Positions 1 through 16,315 are shown, counted from the stretch's first letter. The stretch is DNA of 64,000 bases from the human T2T-CHM13v2.0 reference genome, Homo sapiens (GCF_009914755.1 NC_060945.1), one strand, 5' to 3'. The notes: a model not told the origin generated them from the letters alone. Numbers and translations are program-made.

Positions 1-1469
1 GAATTAATTAAATCAGATCATCAGAACGATCAAGAAGAATTTTATGCTCCTTAGATACCTGTTAGTCAATATCAAAGCAAGTCAAACAACTAACCATGTT
101 CAGAATACATCTTTGTGCAAAGGAATTTCAAATGTTAATGAATATTTAAACATAGTAATTCTAAATGTGTGGCCTTGCTTTAGACATAAAACATTCAAGT
201 GAAAACTCAAAAGAAAATTGAGACTCGTAAAACATTCAAGGAAAATTCAGTTAGGAAAAAATTTAAATGGTATAAATTTGTTTTCCAATGTACATGTACT
301 TAAGTTACTTAGCATTTGATGCATTTTGAGGCAATGCAGCCGCAAATTATACCCTAAGTATTATGGTACAACAATTTTTAGTTTAGTTGGCATAATTTTT
401 TAAATTCGCATCTTACTATGACTATTTCAAAGGATGAAACAGCAAAACACAATGTAGATATTTTCAGTAAATAGTTTGCACCAATTAAAATAGATAACAT
501 GTCTCAGAATTTACTGCCTTAGAGCTCCTAATCCATTATGTTTTGCTATTTTTCTTCATATTCTTCCATTTCAGTCAAACTTCTAGAAGACATACAAACA
601 TGCAATTACTGCATACACAAATGCAAACATGTAGTCACTGCATACAGAAATATGTATACACACACACACACACAAAGTGCTATTGTAGAATTTCTAAAGA
701 TATTTTCCCTCCCCTTCAAAGTAACCTTTTCTTTCTCTAAACGCCAATGGTTATAGCATATCCAAAGCCACAGAATGACGTAGTAAAAGCATGAAATAAA
801 ACTGACACATGGTCACATGTGAATAATATCAGTAGGTATAAATGAATGAAAATATGTTGCAATTATTTTTGTAGTTGTAACGATCAGAATATATCCAAAA
901 CCTACAGGGCAACATGGTTACCTGCTATATTTAGCAACAATCATTCCAGTAACATCTGTGACATGAATTGTATATGAAATGAAGATCTTGAAACATTTAC
1001 TATACCAGAACTTGACTGGTGCTCAGATGGCAGATGGCAAACTGATGTGAAATGATGTGGATCAGATAGAATAGGAAAGAGAATGAGCTGAATGCAAGAG
1101 ACAGAAGAAACAGATTGATTATTAAATATTAGAGAAAGCATCTATCACCAAACATTGAGAATAACAATAATGAAACAAAAGACAGGCATTTTTACAATCA
1201 TGTTTGTTTTCAATGAGGAAAAAAAAACCATTCGCCATTATATCAGATTGTTAATAACATGGGACACTGTTTTCCCCATTATCTCCTTCCCTCTTAAGAA
1301 TAAAATCAGATCCACTAATTACAATAAGGTGTTTTCCAAGGAAGAAACAAGCTTTAGAAGGCACCTGGCCCTGAGCATACTATATCACTTTTCCTACATG
1401 GGTGCTTTTCCAAAGACCATCAATTTCTGAAATGCACACACAAGTCTTCCAGTTTTAAACTCATGAGAT

Positions 1470-1610
1470 TTTTTATGTGTGTGTATTTTTAGTACAGATG
1501 GGGTTTTGCCATGTTGGCCAGGCTGCTCTCGAACTCCTGGCCTCAAGTGATCTGCCCTCCTCAGCCTCCCAAAGTACTGGGATTACAGGTGTGAGCCACC
1601 GTGCCCGGCA
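1470..1610 (-). mobile_element. Alu left monomer (FLAM-like) with 14-bp TSD
   Basis: Alu left-arm sequence; TAAACTCATGAGAT is duplicated at 1456-1469 and 1611-1624. Confidence 0.9.
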
Positions 1611-2829
1611 TAAACTCATGAGATAGAAGCTTGTTCCACATCACGTTGTTTTTGCTTTTATTTCTATGTCTTGGGAAAAAGACCTGAAGGCCCAGGGAAA
1701 ATTGGACAGGACTAACTTTTACTGTTGGAGAAAGGGATTTTGTACCTTAATGATGCCATCAGAAACCTTTCAGGTGACAGAAATAAACACTTTAAAGGGG
1801 ATCAGGTCCACTACATTATCTAGATATGGTCTCTAACTGTCAATGACAATACTATTCTTCATTCCCCTAGTTTCTTCCAAAGCAAAAGCTTGAAACATAC
1901 GTAAAGTGGGCCAATCATTCATTGCTTCACTCACTGATCAATCTTCCACCAATCAATGGTAATCGGAAAACTTTGGCTTAACCTTCGATTCCTGATCCAG
2001 TTTAAAGCCAATGTGCACAGGATGCTCCAAAGCCATGTTATTCTTCTGGAAACACCTTCCAGAGTTCGGCTTATACAAAAAAGCCAGAAAGTTCTACTTT
2101 TAACACCTTCATCTGCAGATCTGACAATAACTCTTCAGCTCTGCAGAATGTTAATGGGTCTCTAAAGAATTGTGCTAATTATAAATAAAGGAATGCAGAA
2201 ATCCTCTACAGACCAATTTTGTTAAGTAATTAACATGAAAAAATTGTGAACTGAGATACCATTATCTCCAAAAGCTAGAACCCTCGTACATGAAGGATTC
2301 AAAGCACACAGAGAGGTGATACCATTTATTTTTAGCATCCATGTCAGGGCTGACTTTAGTTATGGCCCAAAACAAGTGATTCTTCTATTTTTCCTCCACA
2401 TACATAAGACATTTTAAGAGGCTAATTTGAGCTGAACTGTCCATTTCTCTGATTCATATGAAGAGCCATGTTTTTTCTTTAAAAAGCCGTCTGTGATTTG
2501 CTTTTTTGAAAATACAAAAATTGCTGATAGTAGAACTACAAAATTGAGGTACTTGCGGAGGTAGTGAAAGTCATTCAGTATTTACAAACATTGTGTTGAA
2601 TGATGAGATCTTTAAAACGTCATTTCATCCATCCAACTTCTTCTAGGATAAAATTGTGATAGAAAAGTTTTTCATTTTTTTTTTTAGCAGCCCCAAAGAA
2701 GACCAATTCACTCCCCTAAGAATATATTCTAGATTCTTCTGAGCCTTACTGATTGTCCTTCCTGAAGACTAACCCAGGTTCTGAGAGTTCTTGTGGACAC
2801 TCGGCACTGCAGGATGCACCCAGCTGTAG

Positions 2830-2950
2830 AGAAGCCAGACGTGGGTTCAGTCTCTCCTTTGCAACTGACTGTGATGTGAGTTCAGGCAAGCAGCTAAGGC
2901 CCTCTGAGCTTCACTTCCTCCATGTGTACAATGGCAAAGTCTCAGCTCTT
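2830..2950 (+). mobile_element. MIR fragment
   Basis: gggttcag...tgtga...ggcaag...cctctgagcttcacttcctccatgtgtacaatgg resembles the MIR core. Confidence 0.6.
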
Positions 2951-3765
2951 TCTCAGGCTCAGACCTGATACGACTACGACATAGAACTATTAATGCTATT
3001 CATTATGTAAAAATAAAAACAAGCATGCAAGTAAAGTTCTTCTTTCCTCTCTCTCCCCTCACTCAAGACCATTCACCTGGCTGCCCTTCACGGGGAAAAA
3101 TGAAACCAGGTTCACTTTGAAAAAGATCAAGGCATTTCTTCCATGGTTTAAGGTGAAAGAGAAAAGGAGCTCAATCATTTGTCATGTTTCTAAAAAGGCT
3201 AATTCTGTGTTCACAAAAGAAGAATTTCCCATCAATGGAGGTCAAACTTATATTTCCTTCCATTTTCCCCAATTCTAAAGATGCCCATAGTGTATCGGTT
3301 ACTGATTAAAGAGCAGGTGACAGAACAGTACCCATAATATGATGCCATTGAACACATGTATCTGTATGTGTGCGGAAAAAGGAATGAATGGTCAAACGCC
3401 AAAATGTTTGCAATGGTTATTTCTGGATTTCGTGAATAAGAGTGGCCTTAATTTTCTGTTGTGTTCTTCACCTAGATTTTCTAAAAGGTTTGCAATGAGC
3501 ATGTGATACATGCATTAGAAATCTATCAAACACACACATTGAAAGATGCTACTTAGAAGAGTTCCTCTCTTCCCAAAGGTGAAGCATTCACTAATATAAT
3601 TTTGAATATTATCACAAAGGAATGCAATGCTGCTCCGAAATGAAAGGGAGGTGTGTTTTAAGCACCTTCCTCTCCCACACGGCTCTGGGTTTCCACATGT
3701 GCCTTAGAAGATTGCTACACCCCATTCTGCTCTTCTTGGAGAAACAACCCAAAGCAGCTCCATAC

Positions 3766-3936
3766 CTTGCAAATCAGCTCCAGGGTGTCCCGTGCAGTGT
3801 CGCCTGGCCGGACGACCGTCAGGGCAGGCTGATTATTGGGCAGACAGAACCAGGATGGAGTGAAATACTCGTGGACCCAAATGTCGCAGTCAGGGTTGTG
3901 CTGGTGAACGTTAGGTAAGACCACTTCTTTCTCCCT
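3766..3936 (-). CDS. TIAM1: TIAM1 coding exon 8 (start of Ras-binding domain); gene continues beyond the window start
   Basis: Translates REKEVVLPNVHQHNPDCDIWVHEYFTPSWFCLPNNQPALTVVRPGDTARDTLELICK. Acceptor ttatag|, donor AAG|gtatgg. 171 nt. Confidence 0.96.
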
Positions 3937-4214
3937 CTATAACAAGAAATAAAGTTAGCAGGGCAGCAGCAGTGGAGCTCTGACAACCCTAGATTCCCAG
4001 ACTGCACACAGGAATCACCGATTCCCATGAAAACAGCCCAGGGCAGAAGCGGAGGCAGTGGTGGGAGGCAGGGGAACCCTTGGAGAGAGAGAAACTACTG
4101 AGAAAGCAGATTTATGGTGCAATGGAGAGATTTCAAACTTCAGCTGTGAGGCAGGCTTCACAACCCACAGCATCCATAGGTGATCACGGCATGAATGAGT
4201 GGGCATCAAAATTT

Positions 4215-4256
4215 GGAAGAAAAGAAAGAAAGAGAGAGAGATAGGGAAGGAAGGAA

Positions 4257-4328
<72 letters not shown>

Positions 4329-4348
4329 GAGAAAGAAGGAAGGAAGGG

Positions 4349-4379
<31 letters not shown>

Positions 4380-4456
4380 AAAAGAAAGAAAGAAAGAAAG
4401 AGAAAGAAAGAGAAAGAAAGAAAGAGAAAGAAGGAAGGAAGGGAGAAAGAAAGAAA

Positions 4457-4503
<47 letters not shown>

Positions 4504-4504
4504 G
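4215..4504 (+). repeat. Complex (GAAA)n/(GGAA)n polypurine microsatellite, 290 bp
   Basis: Directly visible; only one pyrimidine (T4242) in 290 nt. Confidence 0.98.
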
Positions 4505-6185
4505 TCACCATTCAGCTCAGCTTTATGGCTCTTATTTCTTCCACAAACTCATTTCAAGTTTCAAGCAGGGAATTCCTACAACAAGCACATCTGCCATGAG
4601 AACTTTACAGTTCAAAGCAATGGTGAAGCCCCAATCATTTTTTTTTTTCAAAAAGATCATGTTTTAGCACTACATATTTATATTTATATTTATAGACAGC
4701 ATCATTTTTGTGCTCTCCTTGGACCTTCAGCACGACCCGGCGCCAGAGACAATTCAGTTTTCTGGAGGTCAAAGAACTTGACGGATAACATCATGGCACA
4801 ATGTAGCAAAAACAAGCCTCCTTTGCTGCCATCACTGTATCCTCTCCATCACTGCCTGAGGACCAGGGAGTGGAATGAAGTTTGTGAATGTGGGAGAAGG
4901 GTCGGAAGTCCTCCTTTAGCAGCTGGGTTAAACCTAAGCAAGCTAAGCAGATGAAGCAGAGGATGTTCCTTAGCTTGATATAATGTTACTTTCCTTAGAT
5001 TGATACAATGTTAGGAGCCCCGCGAAATAAGCAAGGAAAGAATGATGTTAGATTTCAGCAATGTAAACATAATATTGATGCTCAATATATGCTAAGTAAT
5101 AGGCCTTCATTATTGATTTATAACCAGGCCACTAGTTGGTAAATATGTATCTACTGATGACCAAGAACAAGGCTGGTATCAGCAAATTACAAGAAGGAAC
5201 AAATTTCCCAATGAAGGCTGAGAGGTGGTAATATAACCTCCATTCAAAAGAAGAATGGAATCCAAGAATGGGGGAAACGTTTTCGTAAAAGCCATTCAAC
5301 TAAATCCAACTGGGGAAGATAATTTCAGCCTCGCCTTTGAACAGAGTTGCTTTAGCAGATAAGCTGGACTCCAGGGAAGGAATTGTCAAAAAGCAATCAA
5401 CATACCTAAATCCCATTAAGTATAATTGGAATATTCAGACTCTGTTCCAGTGTGCCACATTAAATAAATGCCCCTTAGCACTGGATCAACCCAAGTTTTG
5501 CATCTAAACACTCTGAGAACAAGGCATTCTAGCCAGGATGTGGGAGAAAGACGTACCTTAGAAAAATGGAAAACCAAAAATGCTACACAGAAATCCAATG
5601 GAAAAACTTTCGCAGTTTCCAAGTTCTGTGGTCTAGAGAAGATATCTCAGTATTAAATGTGGACTAATAATGGTATGCAAGATGAACTGGCCAACCTCAG
5701 AAATGACCAAGTTAACATCAAAAACTATGCTTGGATTGCACATAGGCCCAAAAACTGAATTTCTTCAAATTTCATCAGACAGAGATGCTCAGACAGTGGC
5801 CATGGATGAGTATTTCCAAGGACAGTGGCCTTTATATCCAGGATAGCATCATTCATGAGTAGTTTGTGTATGAAGGAAAGAAAAGGCCTTCCCATGGCCA
5901 CTCTTCTCTCTTCCCCTCCAATAGCAGAACTCCCCATGGCACTCTGGATTCTGAAGCTCAGCTCCATCTACAACATGGGGCTGAGCCACTGATGACTGAC
6001 ACTACTTGGATGCATGGCAACTGAGGGCTGAATTCTGTCATATTGATTCTGAGCCCAAGAACCAGAGGATCCCACCAAGGTCACATTATCAACATCAGAC
6101 CATCCCCCATCCCCCACACAAACAGGCTCCCAGTATCACTACTAGGGTCTTGAAAACGAGAGACGTCTATTTATTTAGAGGCTGA

Positions 6186-6801
<616 letters not shown>

Positions 6802-7086
6802 CTATTCAGAACCCAAATTTCCTCTTACATTCTAGTTAGAAACTCACACATCAAATGGTAAGTATGGGAAATGTTATGTCAGCAGGAGAATGTTCCCTCT
6901 ACCACTCAGTTTTAAATATAAAATGATTTTCCATCTCTTGTTGACTTATTACATAACTTTTAAAAACTGATTTCAGTTTTTAATATTGAGTTTACTTAAT
7001 TTTAGTAGCTCAAGACAACACTGCACCATGTATATGTTGATGCACTTGTGGTACTTTTAGAAAAGAAAACACACGTTTATTTTTAC

Positions 7087-7161
7087 CTTGCCATCTGGAA
7101 CAATGTCATCAAATATTCCCTCTAAAGATTTCTTTACAGCTTCGGTTCCCTCTCCAAACAC
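7087..7161 (-). CDS. TIAM1: TIAM1 coding exon 7 (75 nt, 25 aa); not in the ORF track
   Basis: Manual translation gives VFGEGTEAVKKSLEGIFDDIVPDGK. Acceptor atgcag|, donor AAG|gtaaaa. Phase 0-0. Confidence 0.93.
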
Positions 7162-7434
7162 CTGCATATACAAAAGTACCACCTTAAAAAGGAATCTGGG
7201 CAACAGGGCAAACGAAACGTAGGAAGGGGGAAGGAAATGGGCATGGCTATGACAAAACCTTACACACGTGTTCAGATACTCCTACATCAAATCCCAAAGC
7301 AGGTACAATAATTTATGGGAGCAGACCTGGAAAAACACATCCCTCTATCTAGATCACTTCCCTACGTGTTTGACAGTTGGAAAAAAAAAAGTTTGCTCTC
7401 AAATATGGATAATTCATCTCTACTTAAAGAAAAT

Positions 7435-8081
<647 letters not shown>

Positions 8082-8487
8082 CTAGCAAAAGCAATGAGCT
8101 AGATAAACTCACAATGAAGCATTTCTCCTATAGCCTCATATACCTGACCAGATACTTATAAGTAAAAATCTGCTTGCTTTGTAATACATTCTTAAGTAGA
8201 ATGTGAGAATATTATAGTTTTTTACCTCAACATGGCAACATAGGGGTTTTTTTAATTAAAAAATAGAAAATTGTCTCTTCCTTGAAATGTAATCAATCCT
8301 GCTAACTTAAAGATGCCATGAAAATTAGAATAGGGTAACAATGCCACTAGGTAAGGAAACTCATGGACATGAGGAATTTTGTGATTATCCCTAAAACAAG
8401 AATGTAGTATCAGGATAATGTACACAATTGAGAAAAAGCCTTTCCTCCATGCAAATAAAATATACAAAAACATACAATGTTTTTAAC

Positions 8488-8615
8488 TTTTTTTCGGTAG
8501 AGAAAGCATGTTGCTATGTTGCCCAGGCTGGTCTCAAACTCCTGGCCTCAAAGAATCCTCCCACCTTGGCCTCCTAAAGTGCTAGGATTACAGGCATGAG
8601 CCACCACCCCGGCCA
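8488..8615 (-). mobile_element. Alu left monomer
   Basis: Reverse Alu left-arm consensus. Confidence 0.85.
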
Positions 8616-8996
8616 AAAAAACATAATTTTTGTCCATTTCAAATTATAGAATTAATGACTAAATTCCTACTGGTATGTTTATGGCTAAGCAAAAGGTTCT
8701 TAAAAACTCATACTTTTAGAAAAAATACAAGAATTGTTTCTAAGACATTACATTGTGCTTTGATTTTAGAAAAATGTTAAAACATTCTCTTGAATTCATT
8801 TAAATTCAGTCATATATTTCAGTAGAAAAGGGCGGTAACATAACCTGGTGCCAATCAAGCAGAAGCACATGAACAAAGGGTTTTGTTAGAAAACAAGTCC
8901 AAACTGTGAAGTCCAGAAGCAGTGGGCTGAGCCATCTCTCAGGGCAGAAGACACATACACAATGACACCACCACCTCCCAAAAGAAGAAGAGAAAT

Positions 8997-9334
<338 letters not shown>

Positions 9335-9497
9335 TCAAGTCTCTTTTGTTATTTTTCTGATGAAATGTTGACTTTCCTCCACAGTTTTTTCTTTAGATTT
9401 ACATAAAAGTAAAACCCATGGAAGCAAGCTCAATGATCTACTCTCCCCAAAGATCACAAGACAAACTGCGAAACTGCTTCAGTCTCACACTCGCTTA

Positions 9498-9885
<388 letters not shown>

Positions 9886-10614
9886 CAATGAGTATCACAG
9901 TCAGCTAAGGGACTCAGGGCATCAGCTTTCAGGACTAATCTCTTTTCTAAAATTCATTTCTTAAGTAAATTAATGGCTGGAACTGTCCGAGCAAACAAGG
10001 AGAGATCATTCTATCAAGTCAGTCGATGACGTCCTCTCACTTTTCACAAGGGCATGCGGTGAATAGGTCAAACTAGCAGTCTTAGTCATGACCTCCAAAA
10101 TGCTGAAGGCCTGACTTTCCAGCCACCGCAGCCCACAAACTGGACATTCTTCTTCCGAAAGACTACAGATGCTCACGTTCCTTTAGTCCCTGAAATCTAA
10201 ACAAGCAGTTCTGGAGCTACTCATTTCTCAAAGCCGAACGACAAGGAAGACAGTAACAACAGACAGTGGGCTTCACGGAAGTAACCCCAGCAGGAGACTG
10301 GCCTTGGCGAGTGAAGAAGTCAAATTTAATGGGCAAGAATTGGGTGGCTGTACATGGTCAGTGGACACCCGTCACGGCACCAGGCTATGTTGCGCCCTCA
10401 CGACATACCGAGATCCCGTTCCAGCCCCTGGACCTGAGCAGAAGGGGGCTGTGGCAGTGGGCGAGCTCTCTCGGATTCCTGTCTCCTCATTCCAGTAGGC
10501 AGAGGATCTGCCCATTTAATGTCAGCTCCAAAAAGTCAAGGGCAGAGAATAATCAGAATTCCCTGGAGGCTGCCTTTCATCCAGTGCCAGAGGCAGCTTA
10601 AAAAGTCTCTGCAT

Positions 10615-11065
<451 letters not shown>

Positions 11066-11241
11066 TCAATGTTATGGGTATGCATTATCTATTAAAAGTG
11101 TCTAGCACAGCTAGTTTCTTTGTGCCAACTAGTTGATTTTAAATAACACTCGGCCTCACTGAAGAAACACACACACCCCAAATTGAGGTGGCCACAGAAG
11201 TGATTTGTGCGGGCTCACTTTTCATCTGCTCTGGAACCTAC

Positions 11242-11388
11242 CTGATTGATGCTTGGCCGTCCCTGCTTCTTTTTGGAGGTAGTATCCAGACCCCACAGAG
11301 AAGAAAACCTGCTCCTTCGCTTGCTCGCGGATCTGGACATGGCCTGAGTACGTCTTCTCACTCCAGTTTCACCAGTGCGTGCTGCCAC
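11242..11388 (-). CDS. TIAM1: TIAM1 coding exon 6 (Ex region)
   Basis: Translates VAARTGETGVRRRTQAMSRSASKRRSRFSSLWGLDTTSKKKQGRPSINQ. Acceptor cctcag|, donor CAG|gtaggt. 147 nt. Confidence 0.96.
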
Positions 11389-11974
11389 CTGAGGATGGCA
11401 AGGACAAGCAGCCACAAGGGAGATGCATCAGGACCACCCACTTGTGCCTTGAGGTCCCCGTAAGTCCCACCCTTCAAAAAACCCTCCTCCATCATGCCAG
11501 CCAACCCTGACCCCAATGCCTAAAGTATTCAATCCATGACCCAGACATATTGGGACTTTGAGAGCCCTTCATGGATTCAGAATGGAAATGAAAAGCTGGC
11601 AAATTCAATCCTTGTTTGAAATCATCAGCAAAAATACATAATATAGGAATAAAATATATGTTCTGTTTCCAAAAATGACATGTCCTTCTGGTCACAGGCT
11701 TGAACTACAGCAAGGGAAATGAGCCAGGCTTTCTCTCCAAATGCTACAGAGCTGTTTCTGCATTCTATTGAAAAATGGTGCTAAAGCGTCAGCAACAATA
11801 GTGGAAAAACAACAGATTTTGGTTCCTGGGTTTCCAGGTTAAATCTAAAATTACCAATCTCTACTATTTTGTTTTCTTAGGATATATAAAATCACGTTTT
11901 AAAATCAGACGAGTGATCATTGGCCCCCAATATCCATTCTCTATTCCATCTTAGTCAGAAAAATCTCAAATGTA

Positions 11975-12325
<351 letters not shown>

Positions 12326-12712
12326 TTATTTTCCTTGCAGTAGGGCATGGATTGGGCTTAAGTCCTGGTCAATGGCATACAAGCAAAAAATATTTGCAAC
12401 TTCCAGGAACTGTGCTCAATGGGAGGGGGCTTTCTGTTATTCTTTCCGCTATCCTATCTGTTTTCTTTTTCCTGATAAAAGGAAGGTCTGTGTTGTGGTC
12501 TAGGATGTCCCTACCTAAGCCTTTTCAAGGATGGCAGAATAACAAGACAAAAGGGACTGGGCTCACTGAAGATGAAGGCACCTTACCAGACTTGCATCAC
12601 TTACATGTCCTATGTTTAGGTAAATGGGAAAGAAAACTTGTATTTTTTTGTTGAACAAAAGCTAAACTCTGTCGAGGTATTACAATGTGCCAGCAACCCA
12701 GAGAAGCATTTC

Positions 12713-12787
12713 CTTTTTTTTTTTTTTTTTTTTTTTTTTTGACGGAGTCTCGCTCTGTCACCCAGGCTGGAGTCCAGTGGAGCGATT
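12713..12787 (-). mobile_element. Severely 5'-truncated Alu (about 46 nt plus T27) with 15-bp TSD
   Basis: CCAGAGAAGCATTTC occurs at 12698-12712 and 12788-12802. Confidence 0.92.
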
Positions 12788-13418
12788 CCAGAGAAGCATT
12801 TCACAAGGGAACACCCTAAATGTAAATCTGTCACCAGGATAATTGCTCAAGTAGAATCTCCACAAGGACTCCAGAAAGTCCTCCCAGGCAAAACATTCAG
12901 GCTTGAACTTTATCCTACCAGGTGGCAAGCAAAGTCCCAGGAATTTAAGGGAACTTCTGCCAGAAGGTCTCCATGGGCCACCCACCCGCTCGCCTTTCAA
13001 AAAAGGGAGTGGCAGGAGGAACAGCGAGTCAGACTTGAAATGAAACTTCTCCACCCACTCTTTTGTTGCCAGAGGTGAATGTCTTGGAACCTACTTGTAG
13101 ATTCCCACACAGGCAACTCCCAATGTGACAGATGCCAATTGGCAGCAATGCAGGGGATGAGGCACTGTTGGTAACATGAGGGGCCTCCCCAGCAGTCAGC
13201 GTGTTGGTTGGAAGGCACGCCCCTCTGGGGCTTCAGTACTGACAATGTAAACACCGCAGAAGCCCCACGGGTGGCAGGGACCCCTACGTACATTAAAAAC
13301 AGGAATCAAAACGGCTTCTCTACAAGGGTATTAGAGGGAAGGTTTTTGGACCCAAACAAAAATAGGAAGATGAGGGAGCTGAGAGGTCTTGCATTTTGCA
13401 TTTTCTCAGCTTAGCACG

Positions 13419-13449
<31 letters not shown>

Positions 13450-13879
13450 CCAGATCAGGGCATAGAAAAATGTGGTATCCAAGACACTGGTGAGAATTTT
13501 CATGAGAAAGATCTTAATCTAAGATTACACCGGAGGTGTCACAGGGAACAAAATCACAAGACAAACACACCGTAAAATATGTAAAAATTTTCTCTTCTCT
13601 ATTTTCATCACTTTCTCAGTTAAAGGTAAACAAAGGTTGTAAAAGGAATAAATTATAACATGCAGACATGCATATGCTCACATGACTATGTCAACACTGA
13701 ATAAATGGTGTTAAAAATTTTTAAATTCTAGAGGAAAAAAATGTCCATTTGGCCTCACAGTCATATAGTCATTTTATAAATAAATCCAGTCATTAACAGT
13801 GACACATACATAGAGGCAACCGTATAAAATACGTCGACATATATTACTGTTTGCTTTCTTCATACACACAGCAATACCT

Positions 13880-14055
13880 GTACTTACTGTGTCTAGTTAA
13901 TTGTTTACTTATTTCTTACCCTTCTCTCCCACAAGAATATAAGCTTCAAGAGGACAGGATCTCTGCGCTGTTCACTATAGTCCTAATCACAAGGATAAAA
14001 CTGACGGATGCCAGGCACTTACATACATTTGTTGCTTGAACAAATAAATACATAA
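13880..14055 (+). mobile_element. L2 3' end fragment
   Basis: agaatataagcttcaagaggacagg...catttgttgcttgaacaaataaat resembles the L2 tail. Confidence 0.6.
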
Positions 14056-14097
14056 ATACCACAAAGCAAAAGCACATCCTATATAACACGGTGACAA

Positions 14098-14215
14098 CAA
14101 TGGGTGCATCACACCAACACGGCACATGTATACATATGTAACAAACCTGCACGTTGTGCACATGTACCCTAGAACTTAAAGTATAATGTAAAAAAAAGAA
14201 AGAAAAAAGAAAACT
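14098..14215 (+). mobile_element. L1PA 3' terminal fragment
   Basis: ggcacatgtatacatatgtaacaaacctgcacgttgtgcacatgtaccctagaacttaaagtataat followed by an A-rich tail is the primate L1 3' end. Confidence 0.92.
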
Positions 14216-16315
14216 CTTCAGTTTACAATTTCCAGACAAAGACAGCATGAAAGAGAAATTCATACACCCATAAATATTCTCAGTTATCAGCTGACTAGTT
14301 AGTTTAGTCTGTTTAACAAACACTTTACTTAAGTTTCTTATAAGCAGTAATTCTAAATTGCTTGGGGCCTTGTAAACTGCAAAAGTAACCACTATCCCCA
14401 AGACAATAATGACTCAAAATGAGCAAAGGGATTTAGAAAAAGGGCTGGCAGAAGAACTGCTGGACCAGAGCTCAAGAGTTTCCCAATGATCTTTGCCCAG
14501 ACAATGCCTCCCTTTGTGGCCTGAACCTGATTACTCTATCATTCTGCTCATCTGTGCAAACAAGAACAATGATAACCTTCTTTCAAAGAGTACAGCGAGG
14601 ACCCTTCAGTTAATTACTGCAAATCACTCAGCATTATGGGAAACTTTCTCAGTGAATGCTACTTCAATTGTAGCTCCCCAATCTACCCAGCCCTGTTACC
14701 CTCACACCTCCTCCTTCCTCCTCCCCCACTAAAAAGAAGAAAAAAAATTTCTGGACAAAGACTAAATTGAAGAATGTTTCAACCCCAAGGAGAAAAAAAA
14801 TCCCAGGGGTCAAATGACAAGGAGAGGAGGGAAAGAAAATAAGAGTTCCTAATAAATCAGACTGCAAAATTCCCTGCCCGGGATCTTCCACAGGAGCTAA
14901 AGCAACAAATAGGAACAGACACCCAACAGGCTCGCCTGACTTGTTCCGGCTGAAATGAAACCCCTCATAGAAAAGAGAAGTTGCAGGAACATATTGAAAC
15001 ACCCAGACTTGTATCACTGACAAAGCGAGCAAAAACCCAAGAAAGGAACAGAGAGTTGAACGTATGGACTTCAATGTTCTTTAAAACCACTGACCAAAAC
15101 ACCTCAGAGTAACTAACTCTCCCATCCCCATCTTCAGCTGGCCAAATTTTAATAGCCTGCCCCCCTGAAAGAAAAGTACACACACATCACAGACATTGAG
15201 ATGAAGGAAATTAGAGGGTCCGAAGATGAATTATGGAAGAGTAAAACGGTAACCTTCTCAGGGAGGCTGCGCCCAGTGGCTTTGAAGAAAATAATGAAAG
15301 CATACAAGTTTTAGGGAGAAAGCAAAATTATTTTCTCCAAAATCTAGCAAGGTACAGTAAGAGGAGGAAGCCACTTCGATGCTCCGGGTTTGGTATTAAT
15401 ACAGATGGTACCTCGATGACATCACGAGTTCCCTTCATAAAAATGCGTCCTCAATGGATGATATTCTGACAAGGAGATAAAGAAGAATTTCTATCCTAGT
15501 TTTTTTGTTTATTTTTGTTTTGCAGAATAGGCGAACTGAGATTTGGCTAAGTTAAAAATTGGTGTCCAGGTCTCCAAGAAATAGATCTGGAGTCAAAAAC
15601 TGAAAACGTTTTGTAAGTTTATTCAACACAGCACTTTGTCCCACCACTACTGAAAAAACAGGATTTAATAGCTGTATGGAGAGGTGGTAGCCAGGGAGAC
15701 CAAGAGCTGAGCTGTAATTAGCAGAACAAATCAGGATGCCAGTTTTAATAACTCCAGAAATTGGTTTAAGACTTCTTTAAAAATGTAAATCTACCCCTAA
15801 TTATCTGAATGATGATGCTAATCTATTTATAAAGAATACAAACGCCTCTGACTGAATTATAGCTCTGAATGCAATTGAAGGGTACAGCTGACAAAGCAAG
15901 AGAAGAACAGCACAGCTAAGGTTTTACAAAGCAGTTTCTGGAACCTGAGACTTAACATTTAATTCTCTAGCAAATGTGCTAAGGTGCAGTACATTCTAAG
16001 TGGGTGTCGACTTGGAAAGACTAAAACCATGTTACTCATACAGCAATTTTTGAGAAGGAGCCAAAAGTACACAAAGCTGCTCGCAATTTAGCAAGTACAT
16101 GAAATTACAGATTATAAACACACAACACAACTATACAATCTGCCGCTCTAGAGGTCAGATGGAAATTCCCTTCCTCAAGCAATGCATATATGTTCAGCTG
16201 GCGAATCACAGAGTTCTTCGCCTTGCTCTAATGCATCGGGTATTCGTGGTCATCAAAACAATGGTAAAAATAAAGTGAAATGGAGAGCTCCAAAGAGATC
16301 TGTGTTCCATATATG

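Noticed and set aside
1320-2190. Minus-strand frame with fragments (LEHPVH, NDWPTL, DLIPFK, FRSFSQ, DLCVHFR) faintly recalling a Mononegavirales L polymerase, i.e. a possible endogenous viral element
   Set aside because: The motif spacing is far too compressed, catalytic residues are missing and the stop density is not clearly below chance. It would need a significant translated-search hit.
4195-4954. Long K/E/R-rich and F/L/S-rich ORFs (251, 134 and 101 aa)
   Set aside because: These are artefacts of the stop-free (GAAA)n repeat.
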